This document shows, one piece after another, positions 40,092 to 50,324 of a DNA stretch of 64,000 nucleotides; position 1 is the first letter of the stretch, and each line of letters begins with the position of its first letter. The position numbers were made by a program, and so were the translations under genes. Location of the stretch: sequence record SRR31156797_2189; one strand, given 5' to 3'. The notes below the pieces were generated by a model. It saw only the letters and a list, made by a program, of their open reading frames with translations. It had not been told where the DNA came from and ran no database searches.

Positions 40092-40988
40092 TCAAAAACG
40101 CCGTTTTGCCACCCTCATTTTGGCACTGCGCGCTCTCGGGTTGCTTGTTAATTCTTTTTGGGAAGCCTGCACCGGTTTTTTGGTCATGACTTGATATGCA
40201 TCACTTTTTGCAAAACCCTGTTTTACAATTCTGTCTTCGATGGAATGGAAACTGATCATGCACATCGCGGCGTCCTCTGCAAGCACCTGGGGGGCTGCGC
40301 CAATCAACTTTGTTATATTTTCAAACTCACGATTGACTGCTATGCGCAAGGCCTGGAAAACCTTAGTTGCCACATGTATCTTTTTAGGATGGTACTTGAC
40401 AGGAACAGCGCGAGATACAATACCAGCCAACTGTGCTGTCGTATGTATCGGCTCACTTTCCCGTGCTTCAACAATGAACCTTGCTATACGCCTGGCTTGT
40501 CGTTCTTCTCCGTAATGATAAAATATATCAGCAAGTTCTGCCTCACTCAACTCCGCGATAAGTATTGCAGCAGTAAGAGTGATTTCCTGGCTCATACGCA
40601 TATCCAACGGTGCATCAGCTTTAAATGTAAAGCCTCTTTCACTGCGATCTAGATGAAGAGAAGATACGCCCAGGTCCGCTACTAAACCGTTCACCCGGTC
40701 TACGCCAATGCGATCCAACTCCTCTAGTAGATGGGTATACGATGCCTGGACCAAGACAAATTGACTACCAAAATTAGCTAGCCGCTTGGCAGCAAGCTCG
40801 GCAGCATCACTGTCCCACTCAAATCCGATCACCCTTTCTATACCGGGTTCGAGAGTCAACAAAGCCTCGGTATGCCCCCCAAGTCCTAAAGTGGCATCCA
40901 CATACACCCCCCCAGGCACTGGTGACATCCAGTACAAAACCTCTTGGGTGAGTACCGGAACATGTATTTCTCGGCCTCGACTCCCCAT
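40092..40988 (-). CDS. rsmH: 16S rRNA m4C1402 methyltransferase
   Basis: HVPVL, DATLGLGGH, DLGVSS, LDMRM, FQALRIAVN, SFHSIEDR, NPRARSAK. Confidence 0.97.
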   Translation of the reverse strand: MGSRGREIHVPVLTQEVLYWMSPVPGGVYVDATLGLGGHTEALLTLEPGIERVIGFEWDSDAAELAAKRLANFGSQFVLVQASYTHLLEELDRIGVDRVNGLVADLGVSSLHLDRSERGFTFKADAPLDMRMSQEITLTAAILIAELSEAELADIFYHYGEERQARRIARFIVEARESEPIHTTAQLAGIVSRAVPVKYHPKKIHVATKVFQALRIAVNREFENITKLIGAAPQVLAEDAAMCMISFHSIEDRIVKQGFAKSDAYQVMTKKPVQASQKELTSNPRARSAKMRVAKRRF

Positions 40989-40995
40989 AATAGCC

Positions 40996-41484
40996 CTAAA
41001 GAATTCCTAAAGAAGAAAGCCCGGAGTTGAAATCCGGAAAACGATTTCTAGTCTTGCGAGTCTGCTCAATCCAAGCAGTTTTATCCCATATTTCGAAATG
41101 GTGGAGCATACCGTTCAAGACTACATCCGTGTCGATCTCAAACTCAGACCTTAACGTTGCAGGTACAAGAATCCGGCCTTGTTTATCCAATGTGCACTCT
41201 GTCACACCTGAGATAACATAGCGGACAAAATCTCCAAAACCAGGTTCCATCTGCCCCTGCCCGATGAGTTTCTCTTCAAGTTCTTCCCACTCAGAAACAG
41301 GATAGGCCCTAAGGCATTTTTCCCAGTTGGTCACAACAAGGGTCTCTGTATACTCTTGGCGCAATACTTCCCTGAATCTGGTAGGAATATTGAGACGCCC
41401 CTTGCTGTCAAGTGTGTGCTCGGAACGACTGCGAAATCTGTATTCTGAAATTTTGCCTTTCAATGCACCATCCGTAGTCACCAC
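40996..41484 (-). CDS. mraZ: Transcriptional regulator MraZ
   Basis: Two DxxGR motifs (LDSKGR, LDKQGR) and FEIW; first gene of the dcw cluster; start uncertain. Confidence 0.95.
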   Translation of the reverse strand: MVTTDGALKGKISEYRFRSRSEHTLDSKGRLNIPTRFREVLRQEYTETLVVTNWEKCLRAYPVSEWEELEEKLIGQGQMEPGFGDFVRYVISGVTECTLDKQGRILVPATLRSEFEIDTDVVLNGMLHHFEIWDKTAWIEQTRKTRNRFPDFNSGLSSLGIL

Positions 41485-41487
41485 ACA

Positions 41488-41522
41488 ACCCTTTTAAACC
41501 ACTCTGCACCACTTAATACCAT
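41488..41522 (-). promoter_or_regulatory. Putative MraZ-binding direct repeats
   Basis: Minus strand ATGGT-attaa-GTGGT-gcaga-GTGGT-ttaaa-AGGGT: (G)TGG repeats with 10-bp period directly upstream of mraZ, like described MraZ boxes. Confidence 0.68.
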
Positions 41523-41932
41523 TTTTTATACTAACCAGGTGGGTGCGTCAAGGAAATTCCTCAGAAGATCAATGGGTTGCCATGCCTCTTTAAGGCGCAA
41601 ACACACAACATGTTGTGGCCGCTAGAACCCAAAGGCACTACAAAAGTGTCCGCTTCAGGACATTACCAATTACAAACAACGGTGACTTTGTTTGTTAGCA
41701 AGGATCAAGAGGTTGATATAAAGACATTTTTCCCTAAAAAAATTAAAGAAAAAAAAAGAGCAGGGTGGATTTACAAAAAACGAGGGTACAAAGTGGGGGA
41801 AAAAGAAAAACAGCCTGAAAAACAAGCAAAGACTACAACGTAATCATCTGCTTTTCCAGTAATCAATTTTTGAAACTAGAAAAGAACCTGAAACCAAAAG
41901 AACACAAGGTCATCAACACGGAACCAGCAAAT

Positions 41933-44563
41933 TTAATTGCCTGCAACCTCCACGCGGTTCCGGCCATTTTCTTTAGCCGCATAAAGCGCGTTATCAGCTG
42001 CTTTCAGTAGCGCATCTGCCGAATCTCCATGTTCTGGACAGGTTGCCGCACCTATCGAGATTGTCACCTGCAGCATTTGAGCACCATGGGGTATGGATAT
42101 TTGTTCAGCAACGTCCCCGAGCAGCATACTAGCCCGATGGAGGGCCTGCTTTCTATCGGTTGCAGCAAGAATCAAAACAAACTCTTCACCGCCATATCTG
42201 CACGCAAGGTCCTCACCCCTTGAGTTTTCCCCAAGATACTTACCAAGAGCCTTCAACACGTCGTCACCAACTTCATGACCATAAGTATCATTAAAAGATT
42301 TAAAGTGGTCTATATCAAGCATAAGGATACTAAAAGGGACGCCATGCCTCTGTTGCCTGAAAAATTGGCGACGAAGAATCTCATCCATATGACGTCGATT
42401 GGAAAGGCCTGTTAAACTGTCCTTAAGCGACAACTGTTCTAGTTCCTCACGTAGTTTAAGATTTGCCAGGGTAAGAGAAAGGTGCTCTGCAAGCCTTATT
42501 CCCAGAGTAAACTTTCTCTTGCAGACCTCCTCATGCAATTCCTGCTGGATGGCATCGCCGGTATGTATCTCAAAGTGCATTAATCCAGTAGTAACACCAT
42601 GAGCCTGCAAAGGAATACAAATATAGCTCCCTGTCTTTGGAGCAACATGCGCACAAAGAAGCTGACTTTTATCAGGCAGCAGCATATACGGTTTCCCTTG
42701 ACGAAGGGCCCAGCAGTCATAGGGGTGAACCGAGGTTACGGGATCGTTCTCGGTAACAGGAGGGACACAACGATCAAGAATCTGCTGGGACGTATCAAAA
42801 AGATAGAGACAACAATCATCTCCGGGATAAATAACACTCAGATATTGATTGATTATCGGAAATGTTTCGCTAATAGTGCTGCAAGCCTGCAGCATATCGC
42901 TCATTTCGTGGATGCGCTTATTTTCCACGTCCTGCAATTCCAGCTGGGTTACCCAACCTGACAATTCTGCTGTGCGCAAGGCGACCCTTTGCTCCAACTC
43001 CTCCTGAATTGTCGCCTGAGCCTGCTGGGCGAGTTTTAGTGCATTGATATCGGACAAAAACCCCTCTATTCTCTCAATGCTCCCCTTATCATCAAAAATG
43101 GCTTTGGCGCTTAACATACACCAGATGCGCTGATTGTTTTGCTGCAGCAATTGTAACTCACAACTCTTTACCGATGTATCACTAAGGAGCGATTTAAGGA
43201 AAGATCCCCACTGATTGGTATCTACCAGTACATCCCGCTGAAAGACCAGCTTTGCTCGCAGCAATGAATCAATACTGTCAAACCCAACCATAGCAGCAAA
43301 AGATGGATTAACATTTAGTATGGAGCCTTGACTGTCCAGTTGAAAAATTCCCTCAACTGAATTCTCAAAAATAGACCTGAAGTTCTTTTCCGACTCATGG
43401 AGCAAGAGAGTTGATTCCTCTAACTGATCCATAGTGGCATTGAAATAGGCTGCCACCCGTCCAAGTTCTCCCCCTCCTTCATGCTGCAATCTTCCAGAAA
43501 AATCACCCTTTGCCATGAGATCCAGGTTCACAATGAGTTCATGGAGTGGTTTGGTAAGAGATGTACTTATCAGCCAGCTAAGCAACAATATAATGGCAAA
43601 CATAAACGCAGCCGAAACGAAAATCAAAAAGCTTACGGTCTTCAGCGGCTTATAGAATTCATCCAGGTAACTCGATGAGGCAATAATCCAATCAAGCCCT
43701 TCAATATAATTAAAAAAAACCAACTTTTCACGTGGCACAAGCTCACCGGGATTTTGCCACGGGTAAATGATGGTACCGTTTTTCCTTTGAATCATCTCCT
43801 GGATAAACTTGTGCCCATCTGAATCTTCAGAATGATAGACATTTCGGCCTTCAAGCAACGGATGAATAAGGAGTGTACCTTTGCTATCCATTACATACGA
43901 GTACCCAGTTTCTCCAAATCTAACAGAGAGGATACTTTGCCTTAGATCACCTTTTTGAATAAGTGTATTAAACTCGTCTCGATAGGAAGAGGCGGAAATT
44001 ATCCAATCCCAAGGTCCAAAATATTTCATATAGAGGGCTTTAGGGCGCAACTGCTCCTCACCCGCCCCACCCCACTCGTACTCCAGGTAACCGGATCTCT
44101 GTTGTTTCTGCTGATTGACAAAATCAAACCTGGACAAATCCTGACCGACAAAACCATCCTCAGGATGAACACGCATAACGCCGCTACTGTCTATGCAATA
44201 TATATAGCCGGTCCTACCAATGGTCTGGCTGGAAAGAATTTTCGAAGCCAGCGCTTTTGCTTCTGCCTCCGAATACCTTCCCTGCTGATGCCAGGCATAA
44301 ATCCTGCTGACGATCTCAAAATTCTTCTCTGCAGTAGCTCGAAGGTGGTTTGTTATAGATGCATTTACAGCGGCTCGGGCCATGTGCAAAATGGTTGACG
44401 TAGCGTTCTGCAACTCACTTTCAATATTATCTTCTATGGTCTCACGGACGTAGATATACAAAAAGGTATTGCCCAAAACTATGACCAGAAAAAAGGCGAA
44501 AAGATAGCTATAGAGCAGCTTCAACCTTATCGACAGGCCCTGCATTTTTCCCCAAAAAGCCAT
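41933..44563 (-). CDS. Diguanylate cyclase with Cache, HAMP, PAS and GAF domains
   Basis: Two TMs around Cache repeats (TGYIY, TGYSY, WDWII), HAMP, PAS (FENSVEGIF), GAF (CWALRQG), DSLTGL, RGED I-site, GGEEF. Confidence 0.93.
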   Translation of the reverse strand: MAFWGKMQGLSIRLKLLYSYLFAFFLVIVLGNTFLYIYVRETIEDNIESELQNATSTILHMARAAVNASITNHLRATAEKNFEIVSRIYAWHQQGRYSEAEAKALASKILSSQTIGRTGYIYCIDSSGVMRVHPEDGFVGQDLSRFDFVNQQKQQRSGYLEYEWGGAGEEQLRPKALYMKYFGPWDWIISASSYRDEFNTLIQKGDLRQSILSVRFGETGYSYVMDSKGTLLIHPLLEGRNVYHSEDSDGHKFIQEMIQRKNGTIIYPWQNPGELVPREKLVFFNYIEGLDWIIASSSYLDEFYKPLKTVSFLIFVSAAFMFAIILLLSWLISTSLTKPLHELIVNLDLMAKGDFSGRLQHEGGGELGRVAAYFNATMDQLEESTLLLHESEKNFRSIFENSVEGIFQLDSQGSILNVNPSFAAMVGFDSIDSLLRAKLVFQRDVLVDTNQWGSFLKSLLSDTSVKSCELQLLQQNNQRIWCMLSAKAIFDDKGSIERIEGFLSDINALKLAQQAQATIQEELEQRVALRTAELSGWVTQLELQDVENKRIHEMSDMLQACSTISETFPIINQYLSVIYPGDDCCLYLFDTSQQILDRCVPPVTENDPVTSVHPYDCWALRQGKPYMLLPDKSQLLCAHVAPKTGSYICIPLQAHGVTTGLMHFEIHTGDAIQQELHEEVCKRKFTLGIRLAEHLSLTLANLKLREELEQLSLKDSLTGLSNRRHMDEILRRQFFRQQRHGVPFSILMLDIDHFKSFNDTYGHEVGDDVLKALGKYLGENSRGEDLACRYGGEEFVLILAATDRKQALHRASMLLGDVAEQISIPHGAQMLQVTISIGAATCPEHGDSADALLKAADNALYAAKENGRNRVEVAGN

Positions 44564-44801
44564 GGCACCTCGGTAGTCATCTCAGTTTTTCATTTGCCGT
44601 CAGGTCAGTATAGCACAACATGTCAACAATACTCAACTCGCCGACAGAGTATGTTACCTACTCAAATATTTCTAAAAAAATGCAAAGGAATAACTATATA
44701 CAGATAAAGTGGATCGACAAGAACTGACGAAACACTCTAAGTGTGAGAAACCAGGGCCAGGGGAGAACAATGGGGAGAGACAGGGCAACAAAGAGGACAG
44801 A

Positions 44802-45848
44802 TCAATCAAAAAGTCGCGCCTGACGGAGCTGCGTTGGCACCGTATAATCAAAATGCTCATAGGCAGCTTCAGTGACCATCCTGCCACGCGGCGTACGGAT
44901 CAAAAAGCCAGACTGAATAAGAAAGGGTTCGTAGACATCTTCCAGGGTGTTTTTTTCTTCACATACGGCAGTGGCAAGTGTTTCCAGACCGATAGGCCCC
45001 CCCTGAAATTTATCTATCAAGGTTAACAAAATCCGGCGATCCATGTCGTCAAGGCCCAGCCGATCGACGTTCAACATATGCAACGCCTTATCAGCTATAG
45101 GACCAGTAATGATATCCTGACCAGCCACCTCGGCAAAGTCGCGGACTCTCCGCAAAAGACGATTGGCAATCCTTGGCGTACCACGGGAACGCCTGCCCAG
45201 TTCCAGTGCTCCTTCTTGGTCTATCTTGACACCAAACAACCCCGCAGCTCGCTGGACGATTGTTTTTAATTCCTCTGGAGCATAAAACTCAAGTCGCAAA
45301 ATAACGCCAAACCTATCGCGAAGCGGCGGGGTTAGCAAACCCGTTCTTGTCGTTGCCCCTACCAAAGTGAATCTGGGCAAGTCCATTTTCACTGAACGAG
45401 CCCCCGGGCCCTGTCCAATAACCAGATCCAGTTGATAATCCTCCATGGCAGGATAGAGAATTTCTTCCACCACATGATTCAACCGATGTATTTCATCGAT
45501 AAAAAGTACATCCCCTGCCTGCAAGCTGGTTAGAATTGCAGCCAGATCACCGGGACGCTCAATAACCGGGCCTGAAGTAACCTTGATGTTTGCATGCATT
45601 TCGTTGGCTATAATATAGGCAAGGGTGGTTTTCCCAAGACCTGGGAACCCATGAAAAAGTACATGATCTAATGGTTCACCACGCCTACGGGCAGCCTCGA
45701 CAAAAACACGCAGGCTTTGTTTCAGCTGTTCCTGTCCAATATACTGGTCAAGCCTGTCAGGACGCAACTCCAGCCCTGGCTGCTGATCAGCCTGCAGCTC
45801 AGAGCTTGACACCAGGCGCTTGCCGGTGAGGTCTTCTTCAAAATTCAT
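44802..45848 (-). CDS. ruvB: Holliday junction helicase RuvB
   Basis: [42 protein letters not shown]. Confidence 0.98.
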   Translation of the reverse strand: MNFEEDLTGKRLVSSSELQADQQPGLELRPDRLDQYIGQEQLKQSLRVFVEAARRRGEPLDHVLFHGFPGLGKTTLAYIIANEMHANIKVTSGPVIERPGDLAAILTSLQAGDVLFIDEIHRLNHVVEEILYPAMEDYQLDLVIGQGPGARSVKMDLPRFTLVGATTRTGLLTPPLRDRFGVILRLEFYAPEELKTIVQRAAGLFGVKIDQEGALELGRRSRGTPRIANRLLRRVRDFAEVAGQDIITGPIADKALHMLNVDRLGLDDMDRRILLTLIDKFQGGPIGLETLATAVCEEKNTLEDVYEPFLIQSGFLIRTPRGRMVTEAAYEHFDYTVPTQLRQARLFD

Positions 45849-45882
45849 CGGTCACCTGCTACTCTACAACTACTTTTGCCTA

Positions 45883-46503
45883 TCATGCCAACCCCTGCAA
45901 AGCAAGGCGGATAAGCTCTTCCACTGCCATTGTATCGGCACCCTCACTATGTTGTTTCTGTACCCGGCGCAAAGCCTGCCATGCAAGATGTTGGGGATAG
46001 CCAAGATTTACCAGGGCCGACACAGCATCCTGTACAGCATTCCCCTGAGCAGGGCGTCCTATTACCGCAGATGGCGGCCCTTCAACTCCTGGAGGCGCTA
46101 AACGACCGACCTTTTCACCCAACTCGACGCACAACCGCTGCGCTGTTTTCTTACCAACTCCAGAAATTGCGGTTAAACGAGCATAATCTTCCATGCTGAT
46201 CGCAGCACTCAGTTCCTCAGCCCCAAGCCCTGAGAGGATTGCGAGCGCCAGCTTGGGACCGATGCCTGAAACAGTGACCAGCAAAAGAAATAACCCTTTT
46301 GTCTCCTGATTCTCGAACCCAAAAAGAGTAATCGCATCCTCACGGACATTGGTATGAATCAGCAAAAAGCACTCTTCACCGACTTCTGGGAGTAAATCAT
46401 AGGTTCGGGAAGAAATAAACACCTCGTACCCTACGCCCTGCACGTCAAGGACAATAGAGCCAGACGTCTTAAAACGTAAAATACCTTTGAGAGAAGCAAT
46501 CAT
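45883..46503 (-). CDS. ruvA: Holliday junction protein RuvA
   Basis: GVGYEV, VREDA, VSGIGPKLAL, GVGKKTA, ALVNLGY. Confidence 0.97.
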   Translation of the reverse strand: MIASLKGILRFKTSGSIVLDVQGVGYEVFISSRTYDLLPEVGEECFLLIHTNVREDAITLFGFENQETKGLFLLLVTVSGIGPKLALAILSGLGAEELSAAISMEDYARLTAISGVGKKTAQRLCVELGEKVGRLAPPGVEGPPSAVIGRPAQGNAVQDAVSALVNLGYPQHLAWQALRRVQKQHSEGADTMAVEELIRLALQGLA

Positions 46504-46618
46504 GAAAGTGTGGCGGAAATGCCTAAAAAATCAAGCCAGTATATTGCCGGCCTTGCTAACAGACAAATGCTGTTTGCAGCTCCAGGATTAAAGTATCCAG
46601 TATCAACCATAGCAGCCC

Positions 46619-47122
46619 TCAACAATTCAATCGATCCCCATACCGTATGTGATGAGCATGGCAAATGGCCACCGCAAGGGCATCGGCTGCGTCGCTGGAA
46701 GGGCTTTTCTCCAGCTCAAGCAGCACTTTGACCATATGCTGCACTTGCTTTTTATCTGCCTGCCCATAACCAGAGATGGCCTGTTTGACTTTCCTCGCTG
46801 TATAATCAAAAGCTTCCATGGAATGCTGCATAACAGCAACAATGGCAGCCCCTCTTGCATGCCCTAGTTTCAGGGCCGAGCGAGGGTTGCGATCGACGAA
46901 AACATCTTCGATTGCTGCCACCTCGGGCTTATGAGTGAGAATAACCTCATTCAATCCATTAAAAATAACTGAAAGGCGTTTGGAAAAATCCTCTTCATGG
47001 GTAGTGCGTATGGTACCGCATGCAACAAATCCGATATTGTGCCCCTGGGCAGCAATCACCCCATATCCGGTTACCCTGGATCCAGGATCTATCCCAAGGA
47101 TACGCACTACCTTATCAGGCAC
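46619..47122 (-). CDS. ruvC: Crossover junction endodeoxyribonuclease RuvC
   Basis: ILGIDPG, AIEDVF, LGHARG, DAADALAVAICH. Confidence 0.97.
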   Translation of the reverse strand: MPDKVVRILGIDPGSRVTGYGVIAAQGHNIGFVACGTIRTTHEEDFSKRLSVIFNGLNEVILTHKPEVAAIEDVFVDRNPRSALKLGHARGAAIVAVMQHSMEAFDYTARKVKQAISGYGQADKKQVQHMVKVLLELEKSPSSDAADALAVAICHAHHIRYGDRLNC

Positions 47123-47124
47123 AC

Positions 47125-47874
47125 TCAGGAAAGAGCCTCTATCAACTCATCTGGGATGTCAAAATTGGCGTGTACCTTCTGCACGTCATCATGGTCTTCA
47201 AGATTCTCCAGCAATTTCAACAGTGATTTGGCTGGCTTTTCTTCACTTACCTCAATCACGTTTTTAGGAATCATGGAAATAGTGGCCTCGGTACATGCCA
47301 CTTCTTTTTTCTCAAGTTCGTCAACCACTTCGCTGAAATCTTCAGGTTCCGTAAGAATCTGAAAGTTATCTTCCTCTTCAACTACGTCTTCTGCGCCTGC
47401 TTCCAGAGCAATGTCCATTAACGCTTCTTCGTCAACCCCTTCTTTATCGACTAGAATGGAACCTTTCTTGTCAAACATCCACGCAACACAGCCTGACTCA
47501 CCAAGATTACCACCGCTTTTTGCAAAAAAATGTCGAACATCGGCAACGGTTCTGTTCTTGTTATCAGTCATTGTTTCAACCAGGACAGCAACACCACCTG
47601 GTCCATAGCCTTCATAGAGGATCTCTTCATAAACCGCACCGTCAAGATCACCAGTCCCCTTCTTAATAGCCCTATCGATATTGTCTTTAGGCATATTTTC
47701 AGACTTTGCGGCTGTTATCGCACTTCGCAGACGAGGGTTACCATCGGCATCTCCACCGCCCATTTTGGCGGCAATGGTAATTTCTTTAATCAATTTAGTG
47801 AAAATCTTTCCACGCTTGGCATCGTTTGCCCCTTTCTTCCGCTTGATGGTGCTCCATTTAGAATGTCCAGACAC
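47125..47874 (-). CDS. yebC: YebC/PmpR family protein
   Basis: [40 protein letters not shown]. Confidence 0.96.
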   Translation of the reverse strand: MSGHSKWSTIKRKKGANDAKRGKIFTKLIKEITIAAKMGGGDADGNPRLRSAITAAKSENMPKDNIDRAIKKGTGDLDGAVYEEILYEGYGPGGVAVLVETMTDNKNRTVADVRHFFAKSGGNLGESGCVAWMFDKKGSILVDKEGVDEEALMDIALEAGAEDVVEEEDNFQILTEPEDFSEVVDELEKKEVACTEATISMIPKNVIEVSEEKPAKSLLKLLENLEDHDDVQKVHANFDIPDELIEALS

Positions 47875-47988
47875 TGCGAAACTCCCCCTCTTTAGTATTT
47901 ATCTCAAACCATGTCGTTAATGGTTATTTTCTGCTGTATCCAGTGATAAGCTCTTCTTGGTCGGCGATAGCCTAAAGAAAAAACTCTT

Positions 47989-48600
47989 TTACTTCTGCTT
48001 GGCTTTAGGACGAAATCCCCGCCCAAGAATAAAGACCTCTCGGCTTTCTTTACGCGAACTCTTTGGCTTAACCACTTTTACCGTCTGAAAAAAAGGCTTA
48101 CACTCCTCTACCACATCAGGAAAGTCCTCTCCCTGAAAGGCTTTTACGTACAATGTTCCGTTTTCATGCAACAGATCCACAGAAAGCTCCAGTACTCTGC
48201 GCACCAACCGCATCGATTGCTGATGATCTGCATATTGGCTACCGGTTGTCCTAGGCGCCATATCGCTAAGAACGACATGAAAACCAGGCCATTTTTCACG
48301 GAGCAGGGCAACCATATCGTCGGCGTAGACATCATAACAGAGCCAATGAATTTCAGCATTGGGTTTTTGACTAGGAAAATCAGTTGGCTGAAGATCCACC
48401 CCAACTACGGCTCCTCGTTCACCTGCTACCTCTGCCGCATACAAACTCCAGCTTCCGGGATGGCAACCGAAATCAATAATCCGCTGCCCTTTTTTCATGA
48501 ACCTGTATTTCTGCTGCACCTCGTCAAGCTTATATACAGAGCGGGCTGGATAGTTGTCTTTCTTTGCCTTTTTAAAATAAAAATCATTTACCTTACGCAT
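47989..48600 (-). CDS. rlmE: 23S rRNA Um2552 methyltransferase RlmE/FtsJ
   Basis: YPARSVYKL, DFGCHPGSW, SDMAP, KAFQG, KPKSSRKESRE. Confidence 0.93.
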   Translation of the reverse strand: MRKVNDFYFKKAKKDNYPARSVYKLDEVQQKYRFMKKGQRIIDFGCHPGSWSLYAAEVAGERGAVVGVDLQPTDFPSQKPNAEIHWLCYDVYADDMVALLREKWPGFHVVLSDMAPRTTGSQYADHQQSMRLVRRVLELSVDLLHENGTLYVKAFQGEDFPDVVEECKPFFQTVKVVKPKSSRKESREVFILGRGFRPKAKQK

Positions 48601-48817
48601 TCTCTCTCCACTTTACCTTAGTGTCCCGTCAACGCTGATCTGTCGTATCTTACTTATCCTTTCCCGCACCTGAGTTTACGGATCATGAGCCACATCGCCC
48701 AACTATGCAACCCGTGGCCCGAAAGCCCAGCCATATAAATGATATTGCGAGCATTATTTTTACAAAACAACACTGATACGGGAAAAAGGGCCTTCTCGGA
48801 AAGCCTCCTAGCGTCTC

Positions 48818-50311
48818 CTACATATCTACCGCAATGGACGCAGCCATTGCCAAAGCCTCATCACGGGTTTTTACCAACCGTTCCATCTGTGCCTCCAAAA
48901 CCGCTTCCAGAATCACTTTAAAATGCGGTCCAGGAACAAGAGCCAATTCACGAATAAGATCGTTTCCGGTGAGCAACGCTCTCCCAGCAAGAACCGGTGC
49001 TACATTCTCCACCTGCACAAAATCCACCTGTGCAAACAATTGCCCAAGCTCACTTTCCATGTCCTGTGGCCGCATAACCCCTTGGCCGGCTCTTGCATCA
49101 GCCATGGCCAACAGGAAAAGACCAGCAAGCTCATCTCCCATACTTTTAATCAAACGAATACAGGCCTTGGTCGACACACTGCCGGTACGAGCCACGTTGA
49201 GCAAGTGAAACGGACGCATGTGATGGCTAATCAATTTTGCCACCTTCTCAACAGCTTGATTGCTCCACCGCTGCCTCTTCCCTATTTCCCTGACAATCCG
49301 TGCCCCTTCATTATCATGATTATAAAAGGTTATTCGATCATCCCGGCTATGATCTATAGCATGGGTCACAGGCTTGCCCACGTCATGGAGAAGGGCTGCC
49401 CAGGTAAGTATGGCGGTACGGCCTTCGCTGGCAACGTACTTTGCTAGGGCATCTTTCTGCTCAGGATAGCCATGGGTTGTTGACCGAAGAAGCATCTCCA
49501 TTTGGGCCAGGGTTTCTATATTGTGAAAAAAAACGTCCAGATGATGACTGGTCGGCTGCTGCATACCAATCCCCTCGTACAACTCCGGCAATATCTTCCA
49601 CAACAACTTAGTCTCAGTCATTTCCCTGAGAGTAGCAGCAGCACGCCCAGAGCCCATAATTAAATCCAACTCATGACAAATTCGCTCTGGAGCGACTTTG
49701 TCAATAAGGTTTGCTTGACACCTGACGAGTTCTTCTGTCTCTGATTTTATGCCAAATCCAAGCACCGCTGCAAAACGGTAAACCCGCAATAAACGCAAAG
49801 GGTCACGCTCAAAGGCCTTCTCTGAGGTTACGCGAATATTTCTCGCCGCAATATCTGCTAAACCACCCGACGGATCGACAATTGGCAAAAAACAACATTC
49901 CCCACCCCGCCCATTTTCCAACAGAGGGTCAAGACAGATACCAAGGGAGTTGATGGTTAAATCCCGCTTTTTTAATTCCTGAACAAAAGTCGCAGCCCCT
50001 TCGCGAAAGGTCGAAAAATCAACACTCACCCCTTGAAACACAACCCGGGCCGCATCTTCTTCCCGACCAAGAGGAACTAAAGCCCCGCCTGTTTGCGCAG
50101 CTACCTCCCTTGCCCACACCTGTGCCCCAGCAGGCACAGTAATATCAATATCTCCCGGAATGTAACCAAGAAGCAGATCGCGGACCGTTCCCCCAGCGAG
50201 ATACACAGATTGACCACTTTGCTCCTGTAATGCAGCAAGCTTGGTGCATAGCCAGTGCGGCAGGACACGGCTTACCTCTTTTCCAGCCACTGTTTCCTGC
50301 CCTTGATCCAT
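48818..50311 (-). CDS. tRNA nucleotidyltransferase with HD domain (probably CC-adding type)
   Basis: GGTVRD, DID, RDLTINS, DPLRLLR, ERI, LLHDVGKP; AAGGAG RBS before ATG 50311. Confidence 0.88.
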   Translation of the reverse strand: MDQGQETVAGKEVSRVLPHWLCTKLAALQEQSGQSVYLAGGTVRDLLLGYIPGDIDITVPAGAQVWAREVAAQTGGALVPLGREEDAARVVFQGVSVDFSTFREGAATFVQELKKRDLTINSLGICLDPLLENGRGGECCFLPIVDPSGGLADIAARNIRVTSEKAFERDPLRLLRVYRFAAVLGFGIKSETEELVRCQANLIDKVAPERICHELDLIMGSGRAAATLREMTETKLLWKILPELYEGIGMQQPTSHHLDVFFHNIETLAQMEMLLRSTTHGYPEQKDALAKYVASEGRTAILTWAALLHDVGKPVTHAIDHSRDDRITFYNHDNEGARIVREIGKRQRWSNQAVEKVAKLISHHMRPFHLLNVARTGSVSTKACIRLIKSMGDELAGLFLLAMADARAGQGVMRPQDMESELGQLFAQVDFVQVENVAPVLAGRALLTGNDLIRELALVPGPHFKVILEAVLEAQMERLVKTRDEALAMAASIAVDM

Positions 50312-50324
50312 ATAAAAATACTCC

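Noticed and set aside
48620-48740. Possible SRP RNA or riboswitch upstream of rlmE (minus strand TCAGGTGCGGGAAAGGA; GGCCAC/GTGGCT stem)
   Set aside because: Lacks the SRP core CAGGTCCGGAAGGAAGCAGC and glycine-riboswitch motifs; cannot be supported without an Rfam scan.
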